Shown one piece after another: positions 1 through 12,270 of a DNA stretch of 64,000 nucleotides. Both the position numbers and the translations under genes were made by a program. Position 1 is the first letter of the stretch. Each line of letters opens with the position of its first letter. Source of the DNA: Iphione sp. A-MEVVRFRX5 (Eukaryota); NCBI GenBank assembly GCA_976226885.1, contig OZ320321.1, positions 40,734,001 through 40,798,000 of the forward strand. The letters are read 5' to 3'. The notes beneath the pieces are model-generated. The model was not told the DNA's origin. It did not search any database and worked only from the letters and a program-made list of their open reading frames with translations.

Positions 1-131
1 TTTAGCCCTGTTTGCTTGTCGTTCCTCCCTCATAGACATATATATATATATATATTATATTTGACTATTATGATTACTCTAAAACACAACAACGGCTGTC
101 GAACATGGCTCTCTAGAGCTACAATGTGAAA

Positions 132-148
132 AGGTGGCAAAGGGTTAA
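132..148. mobile_element. Probable right terminus of a piggyBac-type element (…GGCAAAGGG|TTAA); the rest lies off the left edge
   Basis: Reverse complement reads TTAA|CCCTTTGCC, the same end type as the MITE at 41433-42505; the partner end is not in the window. Confidence 0.3.
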
Positions 149-878
149 AATCAGTCTCTGAGCTCCGGTGCAAAGTTCAGCGCTCACTCGGCGGTAAAAA
201 GTAAACAAGTTGGTTAGTTGGTTGCCAAGTTACACATAATTGTTATTTTTTAACAAGGCTGAAACTATGTCCACTAATGGTCTGATTGTAATGAATGTAT
301 ATGATCTAAGCAAGAAAATGAGACAAACCTTGACCGTCTATGACCAGTAATGACCCTTTTACAGCCATGTAAAGTTTCGCCGCCGACTCGCGGTGAAAAT
401 ACCGCGCGTCCGCGTATGTAGCGATAATCGATGTATGCACATTGTTGTTTTCTTTTTTTTCTGGTATAATTTTTACTTTTGATTGAATTTATCAGTTATG
501 TTCAAAAACATGGAATAAAACATGAATAAAATGGAGCACAATTGGATTTAAATATTATAAATGAATATATACTATAATATAGAGAATATATCTTACATTT
601 CTGGAGATGGCTCCTGGCGTCTGGCAGCAACATAATCTTCTACGATGCCATTCTGCGCGTCTCTGTCTGGTGTGGTCCAGCGTTCAAGCGTCGTGAAAGT
701 TTTCCGTAAAGTTCTCTTTTACTTTTGATGTAGCATCAAATTCGACAATATAAAATTAAAATGTAGGTATAAACTTATTGCGAATATGAAATAATAAAAA
801 CTAGATGAAAAAAATCAAATCGCACCCCTGTCGGCAAAGGTCGTGACCCCGAAGAAGCCGGAAAAAACCAGTGCCAAG

Positions 879-1587
879 ATGAACGCGCAAAACGTAAGAC
901 GGAGTTAATGACTGCGCTTAAATTGCAATTATTTTAAGATCAATACGATCGTTCATACTCCATAGACCTACTTTAAAAGTGAAATTGTATAAGACACTAT
1001 TGTTAGATGATCATCTTAGCCACTGACTGAATGGAATACATAAAATAATTCGGTCATAAAGATTACATCGCACTGACTTTGCTATCTCTTCCTTGTAGCG
1101 AAAAAGACAAGCGCCGTGGCCGGCCGGGGGTAAGTTGATTGTTGAATTAGTCCATGGTTACCTTACTTACAATGTTAAACTGTTTGACACACACAAGTTC
1201 CTTAAGACATTTATAGTAACATCGACTTTTCACATTTACAACAAGTGTGATTGGCTTTACAAGTTCTCAGTTCATCTTTTTCGTGTAGGGCCCCCCGCCA
1301 AGCGACCCAGACCCACCGAAATGGTGGTCTGGGTCGTGGCCCCCCGGCCGCGCCCCATGCAAGGGCAACTCGGTATGTGATTCAATTAAAATCGTATTCA
1401 GATAAAAAAAATTCTGTTAAAGTCGCAAATAGACAATAACGCACAGAACAGTAAAGTCCCATCCCCAACCCCCTGTTAGAATACTTTGTCATGATTGTTC
1501 CAGTGCGTAACAATGCTTGCTTGAATGAATTATAAACTTTATTCTTTATCTTACAGCGCCACAACAGCAGCAGCAACAACAACAGCT

Positions 1588-1618
<31 letters not shown>

Positions 1619-1657
1619 GCGGCGGCTGCTGGGCCAGTGCCTATGGAAATAGATTAA
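879..1657 (+). CDS. Predicted 4-exon mini-gene, 76 aa, with basic NLS-like motifs and polyQ: MNAQNRKRQAPWPAGGPPAKRPRPTEMVVWVVAPRPRPMQGQLAP-Q8-L-Q10-AAAAGPVPMEID
   Basis: join(879..893,1099..1129,1289..1372,1557..1657). ATG context is GCCAAGATGA. Donors GTAAGA/GTAAGT/GTATGT and acceptors TCTTCCTTGTAG/TCTTTTTCGTGTAG/CTTTATCTTACAG; phases 0,1,1 join in one frame to TAA. No homologue recognised. Confidence 0.55.
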
Positions 1658-1816
1658 TTCCATAGGCACTGGCCCTGTATTTATCCGAGAAGTATTTACT
1701 CTAGGTATGGTTAAACAGTTTTATTCACAGTATTATCCACAGTATTATTTTTTGTGAAACTCAACAATTTGCCCAGCTTCGTGTTGATTCCAGGCCATGT
1801 GCAGCCACCTAGCGTT

Positions 1817-2937
1817 TGATGATGGGACTAAGAGCCTCACTTTCAATCATGATTTGTTTTGGTTTCACATCGATAAGATGGTTGGCGATATTAAAAGAAG
1901 CTGGTGATACAAGGAAACATGGAAACATTACGTACGTGAATATGAACACACAACAGTTGTGCCGCTGTCATGACCTATTTATAAAGCAGGCAGGATAAAG
2001 TGTGTTTCCAGGGAGGCATTAACGACTGCCCGCCGTGGCATGTCGCATGCATGTCCGCCTTCAGGTTAGGGGACAAGGGTTCGATTCTCTGGTACGGCTT
2101 GATCGGCTGTGTTCCTGTGGTATTTTCAGAACACAACAGATTGTTCATACCTTCCATATCTTCCTCTGTAAAGGGACCTCACACCATAGAGAGTGGGGTG
2201 GGGTCCTTTTATTGTTGTTCTATGGATGTTATTTACATTCACGATACATTAGTATGTGCCTTTTCAGATGATAGGACTTAGAGCCTCACTTTCAATCATG
2301 ATTTGTTTTGGTTTCACATCGATAAGACGGTGGGTGATATTAGAAGAAGCTGGTGATACAAGGATACATGGAAACATTACGTACTATAATGGGTGAGGCA
2401 AGAACCTATATATATATGTATATAAGCATGTATATGCATTTCACTTAATTTGTATCCATTTCATTTTCAGACGCACGTGATTAGCCCCGACGATGGGGCG
2501 GGGGCCCCCATAATTGGGGCCCCGGAAAATCAAATATTTATTCAAGGTAAGTTAAAATTTCACTCAGCCTTTATTTATATTATTCACTTTATTTACATTA
2601 TTGTTCTCATCTGTAATGTGTACACTCAACAACAGGGGGAGACAGCGGGGTCAGAATAAATGTGAACTGTGAAGGAGACACTAACGACTGCCCACCGTGG
2701 CGTGTCGCATGCATGTCCGCCTCTAGGTTAGGGGACACGGGTTCGATTCTCTGGTACGGCTTGATCGGCTGTATTAAACTCTGGTACTTTCACAACACAA
2801 CAAATTGTGCATACTTTCCAAATCTTCCTCTGTAAAGGGACCTCTCACCATAGAGAGTGGGGTGGGGTCCTTTTTTGTGTTGTTCTATGGATGTTATTTA
2901 CATTCACGATACATTAGTATGTGCCTTTTCAGATGTG
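1817..2937 (+). repeat. Local segmental duplication A-B-A'-X-B'
   Basis: A (~1817-1935) recurs at ~2266-2385; B (~2020-2270) recurs at ~2683-2937; both pairs are highly similar by eye. Confidence 0.85.
2031..2097 (+). mobile_element. tRNA-derived SINE-like head, second copy ~2693-2760
   Basis: B-box GGTTCGATTC at 2078-2087 and 2740-2749, preceded by a GC-rich tRNA-like 5' half; no complete cloverleaf. Confidence 0.45.
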
Positions 2938-3086
2938 TAAATTGTCCCATCTCCTATGTTCCATCTACCAACCACCTCTTAAAATGCATTACAATACCAT
3001 TTCCAGAAAAAAAGAAGAAAAAACGAAAAAAAAAAGAAAAAAGAAGAAAAAGAAGAAAAAAAAGAAGAAGTTCAAAAAAGGAACTA

Positions 3087-3266
3087 TTTATCCAAGGTGA
3101 GAGTAACTTTAAATTATTTACCTACTAATGTTATTATCTATTCCAGGTATCCAAGGTGAGTGAGAACTTTAAATTATTTACCTACTAATGATATTATCTA
3201 TTCCAGGTATCCAAGGTGAGTGAGAATGATTAATGATATTATCTATTCCAGGTATTCAAGGTAAGT
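3087..3266 (+). repeat. 60-bp tandem unit containing branch point, acceptor, 9-nt segment and donor (microexon array)
   Basis: TACTAAT…TATCTATTCCAG|GTATCCAAG|GTGAGT at 3147-3155 and 3207-3215; GTATTCAAG|GTAAGT at 3252-3260. Confidence 0.75.
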
Positions 3267-3466
3267 GCCCTGATTTTTGTTGTTACTGGTTAAGTTGTTG
3301 TTGCTGTTAAACGGAATGTTTTTTTTTTTTTTTTTTTTTTTTTTAAGAGGTGTATTCTTAAGAACTTTGTTCGTAGGAACAACATGGGCTCCAATAAGAA
3401 TGTCTTTGTATACAGAATTTGTATTTGTATTCTGACTTCATGTTTCTTCTTTATTGTCGACCACTT

Positions 3467-3875
3467 CGCGTCCTGTGCCACGGATGTCGGCGGAACGCGG
3501 ACCTTAAAAGTGCCTGGCTACTGTTGCCCTGCGAGTTGGTCAAGCTACGACAGAACGTCCTGTGCCCTGCGAGTTGGTCAAGCTACGAAAGAACGTCCTG
3601 TGCCACGGATGTCGGCGGAACGCGGACCTTAAAAGTGCCTGGCTACTGTTGCCCTGCGAGTTGGTCAAGCTACGAAAGAACGTCCTGTGCCCTGCGAGTT
3701 TGTCAAGCTACGAAAGAACGTCCTGTGCCACGGATGTCGGCGCCCTGCGAGTTGGTCAAGCTACGAAAAAACGGCCCTCCTCAGGGCCTCTCTCACGAAA
3801 GTTTGAGATCAGAACTCGCTGCAAAACGGCCCTCCTCAGGGCCACCACTCACTCTCTCACGAAAGTTTGAGATCA
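3467..3875 (+). repeat. GC-rich mosaic tandem repeat
   Basis: Shuffled modules GTCCTGTGCCACGGATGTCGGCG, CCCTGCGAGTTGGTCAAGCTACGA(A/C)AGAAC and CTCTCACGAAAGTTTGAGATCAGAAC, each repeated 2-5 times. Confidence 0.85.
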
Positions 3876-3980
3876 GAACACGCTACAGATTAATGTTGGT
3901 AACTTTGCGTCGTGCACGCACCTATTATCGTCCATCGAGTGTCGCCGGTATGTAACTGTTCCCCGATTAATACAAAACCG

Positions 3981-4091
3981 GCCATTTTGATCGTTGGTCG
4001 TCGGTTGTTGTTGGTTATGGCCGGACTTGGCATTGTATCGAATTAGTCCGGCCATAACCAATAACAACCGACAACCAACGATCAAAATGGC
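3981..4091. repeat. Long inverted repeat 1 (47-bp arms, 17-nt loop)
   Basis: Arms 3981-4027 and 4045-4091, 2 mismatches. Confidence 0.95.
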
Positions 4092-4104
4092 AGCCTACAT
4101 CTCT

Positions 4105-4220
4105 CAGTATGGCCGATGTTCAAAATGGCCGTGTTCCCGCATGGCCGCGAACCCGACCGGGCATATCGAGAGATCAGCTCGGCCATATCGAGACGGCCAC
4201 TTTGAACATCGGCCATACTG
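4105..4220. repeat. Long inverted repeat 2 (28-bp arms, 60-nt partly paired loop)
   Basis: Arms 4105-4132 and 4193-4220, 1 mismatch; further ATGGCCG/CGGCCAT motifs inside the loop. Confidence 0.95.
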
Positions 4221-4229
4221 TCCGTCTAC

Positions 4230-4345
4230 CCCCTGAGGGACACCACAGGTTATAGTCCTAGTTTCAGATCTACATCCATTTGCAACAGCTTTTGACCCCG
4301 ATTGAGACAACAGGCATCACCAGGCGTGAACCGCAGTATGATTAG
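4230..4345 (-). pseudogene. LINE reverse-transcriptase fragment broken at the GVPQG motif
   Basis: Reads …KAVANGCRSETRTITCGVPQG and then runs into hairpin 2; the expected SxLGP continuation is absent. Confidence 0.7.
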
Positions 4346-5211
4346 AGGCATATCTTCGGGTAAGGTGGTATACGTCTAGAAGCATATGTGATGTGTGGAT
4401 GATTTCTGTTTGTTTATTGTTATTCTCTTTATAATAAATTGTTGTCATTATATGATTTTATTGTCTATTAGTATTTACTGTATTTTAAGTCAAATGAGGA
4501 CTAATTTTAGAGATAGTTGGTACCATGGAAACCTATTATAATGTAATGCTCACCTGTCAGAAATACTAAGACCTACTAAGAGTTTCTGGCTGCATATCCC
4601 CGTACAAACAAATGTTAAAAAGTGGAATAATGGCAGATGAAGCTGATTTTTCATCATCAGACGAGGAGCAATACTTCTCAGTACGGTTTGACTTGGGCAG
4701 AATGGAATTGGTGATGGTCATGAAAAGTATGAAAGTGATTTTCAGATGAAGACATGTGTCCCCTAACCAAAATTGATTCATCCAATCATCAAGCAAGCAA
4801 TGATGAGTACAAATGGGTGGATATGAAGACTGGAATGGCCAAAACCCCCCCTCTGTCTGATTTTGGAGGAGAAGAACCAGGAATTCTCTACGACAAGAGT
4901 CAACAAAACCTCAACACTTACTGATTTCTTCCAATTTTTCTGTGGCCTTACATTCATTAGCAAATTGGCAGACTTGACGAACTCATATGCCCATCGACAG
5001 GGAGATTCAACACCTGAGGACCATAAGAAGGCCTGAATAAAAACAACCCCCATGGAACTGTTCAGTTTTCTATCGATTGGTAGAATCATTGCTGTGATCA
5101 GCAAACCAAACATCAAAGATTACTGGAGCTGGATGGAAGCAATCACCATTCCATCCATTGTCCATGTCATGAAGAGGGATCGTTTTACTCAAATATTAAG
5201 ATAAGATATGA

Positions 5212-6812
5212 AACACTTTATTCGCTTCTCTATGAATCAATATGGAGATCTTCCAATGAATATGAGCAATACAGTGAAGAGGAAAACCTGTAACATATAC
5301 AATTCAACAAACTTGATGGTGACACTTTGAAGCGTGAAGAAAGTGTAAAAATCCTTGGGTATGTTCTGGAATCAATGCTAAAACCCAATGGAGCCCTAGT
5401 TAACTTAAAGCAGAAAATGTGGGCTGCTGCTCTCAGCATAGGCAGAAGCAAGTACCTGCTACCCGTTGAAGCAAGGAAATTGGCCTTCTCAGCTTTAGTT
5501 CTAAGCCACCTAAACTATCATGCAATTTCTATATACGCCTTGACCTCTTCCCAGCTGATTTGGCTTCAGACCTTCATCAACAAATGCCCTCGTGTCTGCT
5601 TTCAGAGGGCCCAATTCCTTCCTGCTAGGGTACTGGGAGAGAGGTTTAACATCCCCAGAGTGGATGCTCTTCTGGAGAAGAAGGGATCAGTCTGTGTGAA
5701 CAAGCTGGTCAAGCTCGGTCTTATTGCTTTAGCTGAACGAACCAAAACAAGATTGGGAACAAACTGTCGTGGTGCACTTCCCAAACCCCGTTCTGCCCTG
5801 TTCGAACGATCACTGCGTTATCGAGGAGTGTTAAGGTGGAATACTCGGCAGTGTGTTTTGGGATCTAATGCAAAAGGTTCTTGTCCATGAGCAAGTCAGT
5901 CTTCTTTGGGATGACCCTAGCAACTACTCAAAACCATCCATCTCTTCAGATACCTTATGCTGGTGTGCAGGGTTACACACCCATACAACCCACCATCTGC
6001 CAGGTTGTTACCTATATTACACTATTGGTTCTGGTATGTGTCAATGAGCATGTAAGTCATCCCTGGGATAACCCCTGCAACTACGCAAAACCATCTACTC
6101 TCTCTTATTTTATGCTGATGTGCATGATTTCACACCCATGCAACCCACCATCTGATAAGATGTTACCTGTACTACACCATTGGTTTTGTAAATAATGTAA
6201 GTACATCCTTGTACAGTCCCGGTTCCTATCCAGCTGGCTTTTGTCCTGAGATATTCTGTGATAGCCCATAAAAACATATTCTATTTTTCATTATATCTGC
6301 CTCGTACCCCTGTATCTGTGATAGCATGTTTTCAAACTTGTCTGTAGAGAGCTTATTCACATAACTCTCGCTCAAGCCCCTGACCTGGTTCATGCTTAAT
6401 ATATCTGTGATGTCTATATTTAAAATCAGAGCCTGTGATAATGCATGATCTCATCCTGTGTCCACGAATTGTATTTCCATTGAACTTTGTTATAACCAGA
6501 ACCTACGCCAACCAATAATGTACAATCACAACTGTGGATCCTCTTAGCTTATTCCTACAGCTGAGTTGTTCTTTATTCCTGTACTAGCTGATCAGTACTG
6601 ATGAATCATATCTTCACTCCTTCTACTTAATTTACTTATTCTCTCAACTATGTAGCACTGTTCTTTGTAAACCGCACGTACTTTCATTTACTTATGTAGA
6701 ACTGTTATTTTGTAAAAGCGCACATGTTTCCAAGGGTAGCTCCATACAGCATTGTTGGAGAAGGAAATAAAGAATCTTACAATCTTACAATCTTACAATC
6801 TTAATCAAGTAC
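5212..6812 (+). mobile_element. 5'-truncated CR1/L2-clade LINE: RT C-terminus, 3' UTR and (AATCTTAC)n tail
   Basis: ORF 5327-5890 VKILGYVLESML…LVLSHLNY…RSLRYRGVLRWN; AATAAA 6766-6771; tandem tail 6773-6803; possible 9-bp TSD AAGATATGA at 5203-5211 and 6813-6821. Confidence 0.8.
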
Positions 6813-6879
6813 AAGATATGATTATAGTGTGGCATATACAATGTAACTACTCGATACCTACTCCATACCTTGCCTTACA

Positions 6880-7520
6880 AGGTCCTTTTCAAGTACTGTT
6901 CCTTACAAATCTAAATTAACTGATTCCACTTCATAATTCCTTGGTAGATACATAATTTTTTATACAAAGAAGCTTTTGTTTTGGACATCACCAAGTTGAA
7001 CCCAATGCTTGTTGTGTTACTTATAACTTTTTTGTTAGCAAATACTCCTAATTGATGTAGTCTATGTGTAATAAATCAAGTGGACCTCCCCTTGTCTCTA
7101 GCGATTTGAAGCTGTAGATGCATCGAAGTGAAGTTGCAGATCAGACCTTAGTGTCCCAAAACAACCAGTTTCAAGGCTCTACGTTATCTGTAGTTCGTAG
7201 ATACCTTTCTTACTCACTGCCACAAAAAAATGATAAACCAAATTTAACTAAGGGAGTTATAAAACTCTCGAAAACAGTCAACCTATGTGCATATCCAAAT
7301 ATCTCACAAAATTAGCAAGTCTATACAGGCGTTGATTTACTCTGGTTTTGATCCTTTCAACACATGGTAGCCAGCCCAATTTCTTGTCAATTCTATAGCC
7401 CTGGAAATCATATAGCATGTCAATCTATTGGTTGGTCACCAAGGACAAGGTCATATTGCTTGTCCTGGCCTTACCAAATACAACATAGAAGGTCGTAGTG
7501 ACATTAATTATTAGGCCATT
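6880..7520 (-). pseudogene. Decayed LINE RT C-terminal fragment
   Basis: NGLIINVTTTFYVVFGK-like motif near 7490-7510; KTKASLYKKLCIYQGIMKWNQL near 6915-6990. Confidence 0.55.
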
Positions 7521-8559
7521 GGAACAACACCGGGTGTGATGGTTAATTTGTATTTTTTTGTTGTACACGCTAACAAGATATTCTGAATAACTTGAAAGAA
7601 ATAATCTCAGTACTGAGAAAGAATATTTACTCCGTGTTTTACATATATTTTCATGAATAATATGTTAATACTATTCCACTGGATCCTTTTCTCACAGATA
7701 TCTGTATTTCCAAAATGATTGACAACCAGGCGTGCCCCAGACAAGAGAAATCAACAAAAGTCAGCTGGTTTTTTCAACATTTCAATTTGGTGAACAGACA
7801 GACAGCTGTGTAACCCCGCGAAGAACCTTAATGTAGATGATCGCATTCAAGGGAAGAGTCAGCTTCAAACAATACATGCCAGCGAAACCCACTAAATGGG
7901 ATGTGAAAGTGTGGATCCTTGCAAAGAGCCTTAAATGGTATGTATTACAAGCTAATCCCTATTATGGAAGTAAGGACACATATGGAATCCCCCTGGGCCA
8001 ACCTGCTGTAAGAAAAGTACTTGAAGGTATTGATATCTTGGGTCGATTGCATAACTTATCCTTATAAAGGCAACTGATGCCTTCCGGCATTCCCATGCAA
8101 ACACCTGAGTATGCCTTTGAGCATTAACAGGCAAAGGGCAAATGATACCTTCAGGCATTATGGATCAGGCTATATTTTTTTTGAAGAATTTTGTAATTTT
8201 TGTGAATTTCTACACAAAGGACACTTATTATGCTGCCAAATATATCTCTTTTTATAATTGATATAAAATTATCCTTTTCTACATCTTTAATATAACAGGC
8301 ATGGAATGGCATTATTAAGTAAACATCCCGTCACCTTCTAGGAGGTTGCTTATCTTTGAATTCTTGCCCTGTAGTGAGAGTATCTCGTACCTGGTCCAGT
8401 CATAAGACTATACAAAGTTCATGGGAGACGTAGACCTCAGAGATCGGTATATCCATTTGATCTCAATATTTACTATTTGAATTCCAGAAACAACTCCAAT
8501 TGAATTACCTGTGTGTCTGAGAAAACCTCGCAGGGTGGAAAAGTTTGTTTTTCCTCGTT

Positions 8560-10260
8560 ATTATATTTAGATCTACGTCTACGTCCTTGACAACAGGTTT
8601 TGTACAATATCCAAAAATGGTCATTCATTGTTATCCTGTCTACTTACCCTTACACACTCTGGTGTTTTTCTCCACTAGTTGACTAAATTTATGTGTATTA
8701 ATCATATCCAGCCCAGCAATTCCCTCCTAGATTTCCCTCTTTTCTCTACACTGATATTAAAATTGCCCATAATCAGTTTATTATTCTACCGTGAATATTT
8801 CTGTAGGGTCGTCTCCATTTATCAACGACCTTGATGGGTTTCCATCTGAGGGCCAATAAATCCCTCCCAGAATAGTTTTCACGTCGTGAAAATTACATAG
8901 CTCCAGCCAAATTGAGATTCTGCGTCTCCTTGTATTTTTATCTGATCCTACATTTCTGTCCCTTTTGATCTGGTGATACCCCTTAATTTCGGAAGCACTC
9001 TGTGGTGTATCAACCCTTGGCCAGGTCTCTGTAATTATGGCAATACCTTACGTAACAGATACTCCCCAAGCTCATCTTTGTTTTTGAGAAAACTACGAAT
9101 ATTTAAGGTTATTAACTAACTCACCCATCTGTTCTATAATAGCATTTTATAATCTGTGCATCATAAAGACTTCTTATCAATACACTTTGGGTATAAAACA
9201 GATGATAATGACAATGGAGTAAATTGAAAAATTATATACAATCCTCCTCCATACTAGTAATGGCTCCATAGGACCGCTAAATAAGCAGCGATGGCTACAT
9301 TTTCATGACATACTCATCTATGCAGAATCATTACTCAGCCATGGGGTGACAAAATGTCTACATGTATATCAAAGTCTCATAAACGGAAATATGCCTAAAA
9401 TAAGCTAACTTAAACTTTGTAATAAAACATTCTTTCGGTAGGCACCATACCCTTAGAGGCAAACTGAGTGACTTCGGGTCATGTTGGTTGACCTCTTTAT
9501 AGGGAGCAATCCTACTGATCGCCTTAAGTGCATTTAATTCCAGCAGGTCCCATTTTCAATCTACTGTGTTAACCACTCCATTTTATTAAGCTCTTCAGTT
9601 AAAGCCTGAAATGACTTATTTCTATAAACACGTTTTATCAAAGGCCTTTCAGAAACCCTTACCTTTGCCTTCTTCATTGTCGTGTATACAGGATGGTGGT
9701 CACCACTACCGGTCGTAATAACTCCACTAGAACTGGTTATATTGCTGTTTGTGTAAATGTAGTGGAAGCAAACCTCCTTTTTGTTTATGTGGGTTCCTTA
9801 ATCAGTTAAGTAAGCGACAGTCTATCTGCAAAGTTCTTGCATGCAGTTAGGTTTTCACTGTTACTCCGCCAGCTTACGTTAATATCACCTAGTAACGTTA
9901 CCTGAGAACGACCCTGGTCTGCGATACATAATGGATAGGAAATGTGCTTTATTCATGCCCGGGCAACATCGTACGCATCATACATCACCTAATTTATTAG
10001 AAAAAGATTGTTCGTATAAAAATTCCACTGAATAATTGTTCTGGGAGAAAGTTTTCTATCTGCTGCAGCCCCGTCCATGTCCCACCGCGGACAGTGTATC
10101 CCCCAGTCCTGTAGCAGTACACTGATGCTGCTATGTCTCAGTGATACAAAAAATGTCACTGATTGTACAACAATAATGGGTTAACATCAAGCACCTCAGC
10201 TTATACACTTCTGCTGTTCCACACACCTAATTTCATTACAATCATACCAATTAAGCTTGC
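8560..10260 (-). pseudogene. Several decayed LINE apurinic-endonuclease (APE) fragments
   Basis: IAIITETW…IKGYHQIKRDR and IMGNFNI (~8700-9100); SGVITTGSGDHHPVY (~9680-9740); DIFCITET (~10135-10160). Confidence 0.65.
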
Positions 10261-10959
10261 TCTAGAGTGAACAGGCAATAAGAGCTGGGTAACAAAATAA
10301 TTTTATACGTACTGTTAAACAATACATTTGTCTATTGATACACATGTAGACCCCGAATTCATCATTTTACTGACCTTAGTGTTGAACTCTCAGCATAACT
10401 GCTACTGCAGACATCAGGCTGCGTTCGGCTGCAGTGTCGCTAGTTGGGTGACAACCATCGGATAATTTCTCGTACATCTAAATCAACACTTTCCACATAG
10501 ATGTACCGGGTTCTCTGTGCCCGACAAGTAAGTGAAGTGTTTTTGATGAAAGTGACATTGTTGGAGTATATGTCACAAGAACTAGCCCCGATAGATCTGC
10601 GGTCAACAATAATGTGACATCGGCTTGGAACTTGATACATATGAAATTTCTCTATGGAAAAACCAACCTGAGATGAAGCTCATCTTTGACACACACACAC
10701 ACGCCACAATTTGATAAAGTGTATTCTTTTTAAGTGTTGGATTTCTTTGGGTTGCATTTCTTTTCTCATTAATGATATCGACAGGTTAACTTAGCCAACG
10801 TTCACCGTTGTGACATCGAGGTATGATCTCCTCGTTGAAATATCATGTTCCATCATAGATGGATGTTTCTTTGCTGTAAATATTCGAATGAAGGTTTTTT
10901 TTGTGAATTGCAATACAAATACCTTTCCGACAGGAAGTACTTTCAGAGACCTATCTTAC

Positions 10960-12270
10960 TGAGTCGAACCATCACCAGGGCAGAGACTTTATGAAATACC
11001 ACACCCATACTATCCAATAAGCTAACAAGACAGACGTTACTAGAATATCAAAATGGACAAATAAGCACAAGATACAAAAATATCCAGTAAAGCGTAGTGC
11101 AATTCCCACCGCAAGACCAACCTGAATTGAGATACATGAACGTACCCCTGCAAAATGTTGACAGGTATAAATACTTGGGGGTAACCATTGATAGCAAACT
11201 ATCCTTTGACATCCATACAAATGATACCATCAGGAAGACAAGTCACAAGCTATATTACTTCCATAAAATCAGAAAGCTATTGTCTATTCACAACCGATCA
11301 TTGCTCATAAAAACCTCCATTCTTCCGATAATGGAGCATGGCAGAGTATTATATACAGACAAGTCTAACGGAAACTATGTGTGACTTGAGAAACTTTACA
11401 ACAGGGCAGTAAGGAGTGTACATAGTGTTTAGAAACATTCGCACAAGTGAAGCATGAGCTTTGTGTGGAACATCAATTCCAGAAGCCAGAAGGAACATAC
11501 AGATCTTAACATTGATGTATAGTAGGCACAAGGATAGCGAAACAACAATAGAGGTACATCCCAGGACTAGAAATGATGCCAAATACTGGTATTTGTTGCC
11601 CAGACCTAATTTTGAATCATTTAAATGCAGCACATGTTTTGCTGGGGGCAAGATGTGGAATGAGCTACCCCTGGCCAAATTGGAATTGGACAAAATGGGT
11701 TCTTGAAGTATTGCTAAAGCAACGTTATGGCAAGCCCTAAACATAATCTTTGATTTCTAAGCATGGAAGACATGCATGGCCACTATTATTCTGAGCTATG
11801 TCTGGATAATGAGGGTCTCACAAAACGGTAACACTACCATGCACTTCATAAACTTAATTATTTTCACTATCCTAACTCTCCTGGGCTGTGTCTGGAGAGA
11901 AGTAAATGCATATCCGGGGCTCAGTCTGGATAGCTCACTGATGTAAATGCATGACTTACATAGTGCATGGCAGCAAGAGAAAGTAGTCTAATAGTCCTTA
12001 CCACCAGCGAGAACTACATATGTAAGTGCGAACTTCATGTCACTCCTGAGTAAACTGCCATGTAAATACCTAATGGCTGGCCACCTATAAATAACAACTG
12101 ATGATGCTTAATGGTCACCTCACCCTGTCCACATCATGTATATACTGTAAATAAGCCAAAATGATCATTCTGTACATACTCATACTTTGAAATCCCGAAG
12201 TTGAATGTACCTGAGAAAACATACACAGTTGTATATAAGTATCAGGGAAAAATAAAGATTTAAAAAAAAC
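10960..12270 (+). mobile_element. 5'-truncated LINE 3' end: RT C-terminus, 3' UTR and A-tail
   Basis: DRYKYLGVTIDSKLSFDIH…KLYYFHKIRK; YLLPRPNFESFKCSTCFAGGKMWNELP; AATAAA 12251-12256 and A-run 12262-12269. Confidence 0.8.

Larger units (their letters stand above)
4630..8440 (+). mobile_element. Fragmented piggyBac transposase fossil (~4630-5200, ~7720-8040, ~8390-8440) interrupted by LINE pieces
   Basis: DFFQFF…LADLTNSYA…KPNIKDYWS…VMKRDRFTQILR; MIAFKGRVSFKQYMPAKPTKWDVKVW; DYTKFMGDVD at 8406-8435. These match DDE_Tnp_1_7-type motifs, with stops and frameshifts. Confidence 0.85.

Noticed and set aside
1382-1669. Minus-strand poly-Leu ORF
   Set aside because: It is the antisense reading of the CAG/CAA polyQ tract; splice signals support the plus strand.
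2031-2760. tRNA genes
   Set aside because: Only a B-box and a degenerate 5' half are present, with no closing acceptor stem; treated as SINE-like heads.
3384-3955. Cys-rich ORFs in the mosaic repeat
   Set aside because: Module lengths shift the frame between copies, so no frame is preserved; treated as a non-coding repeat.
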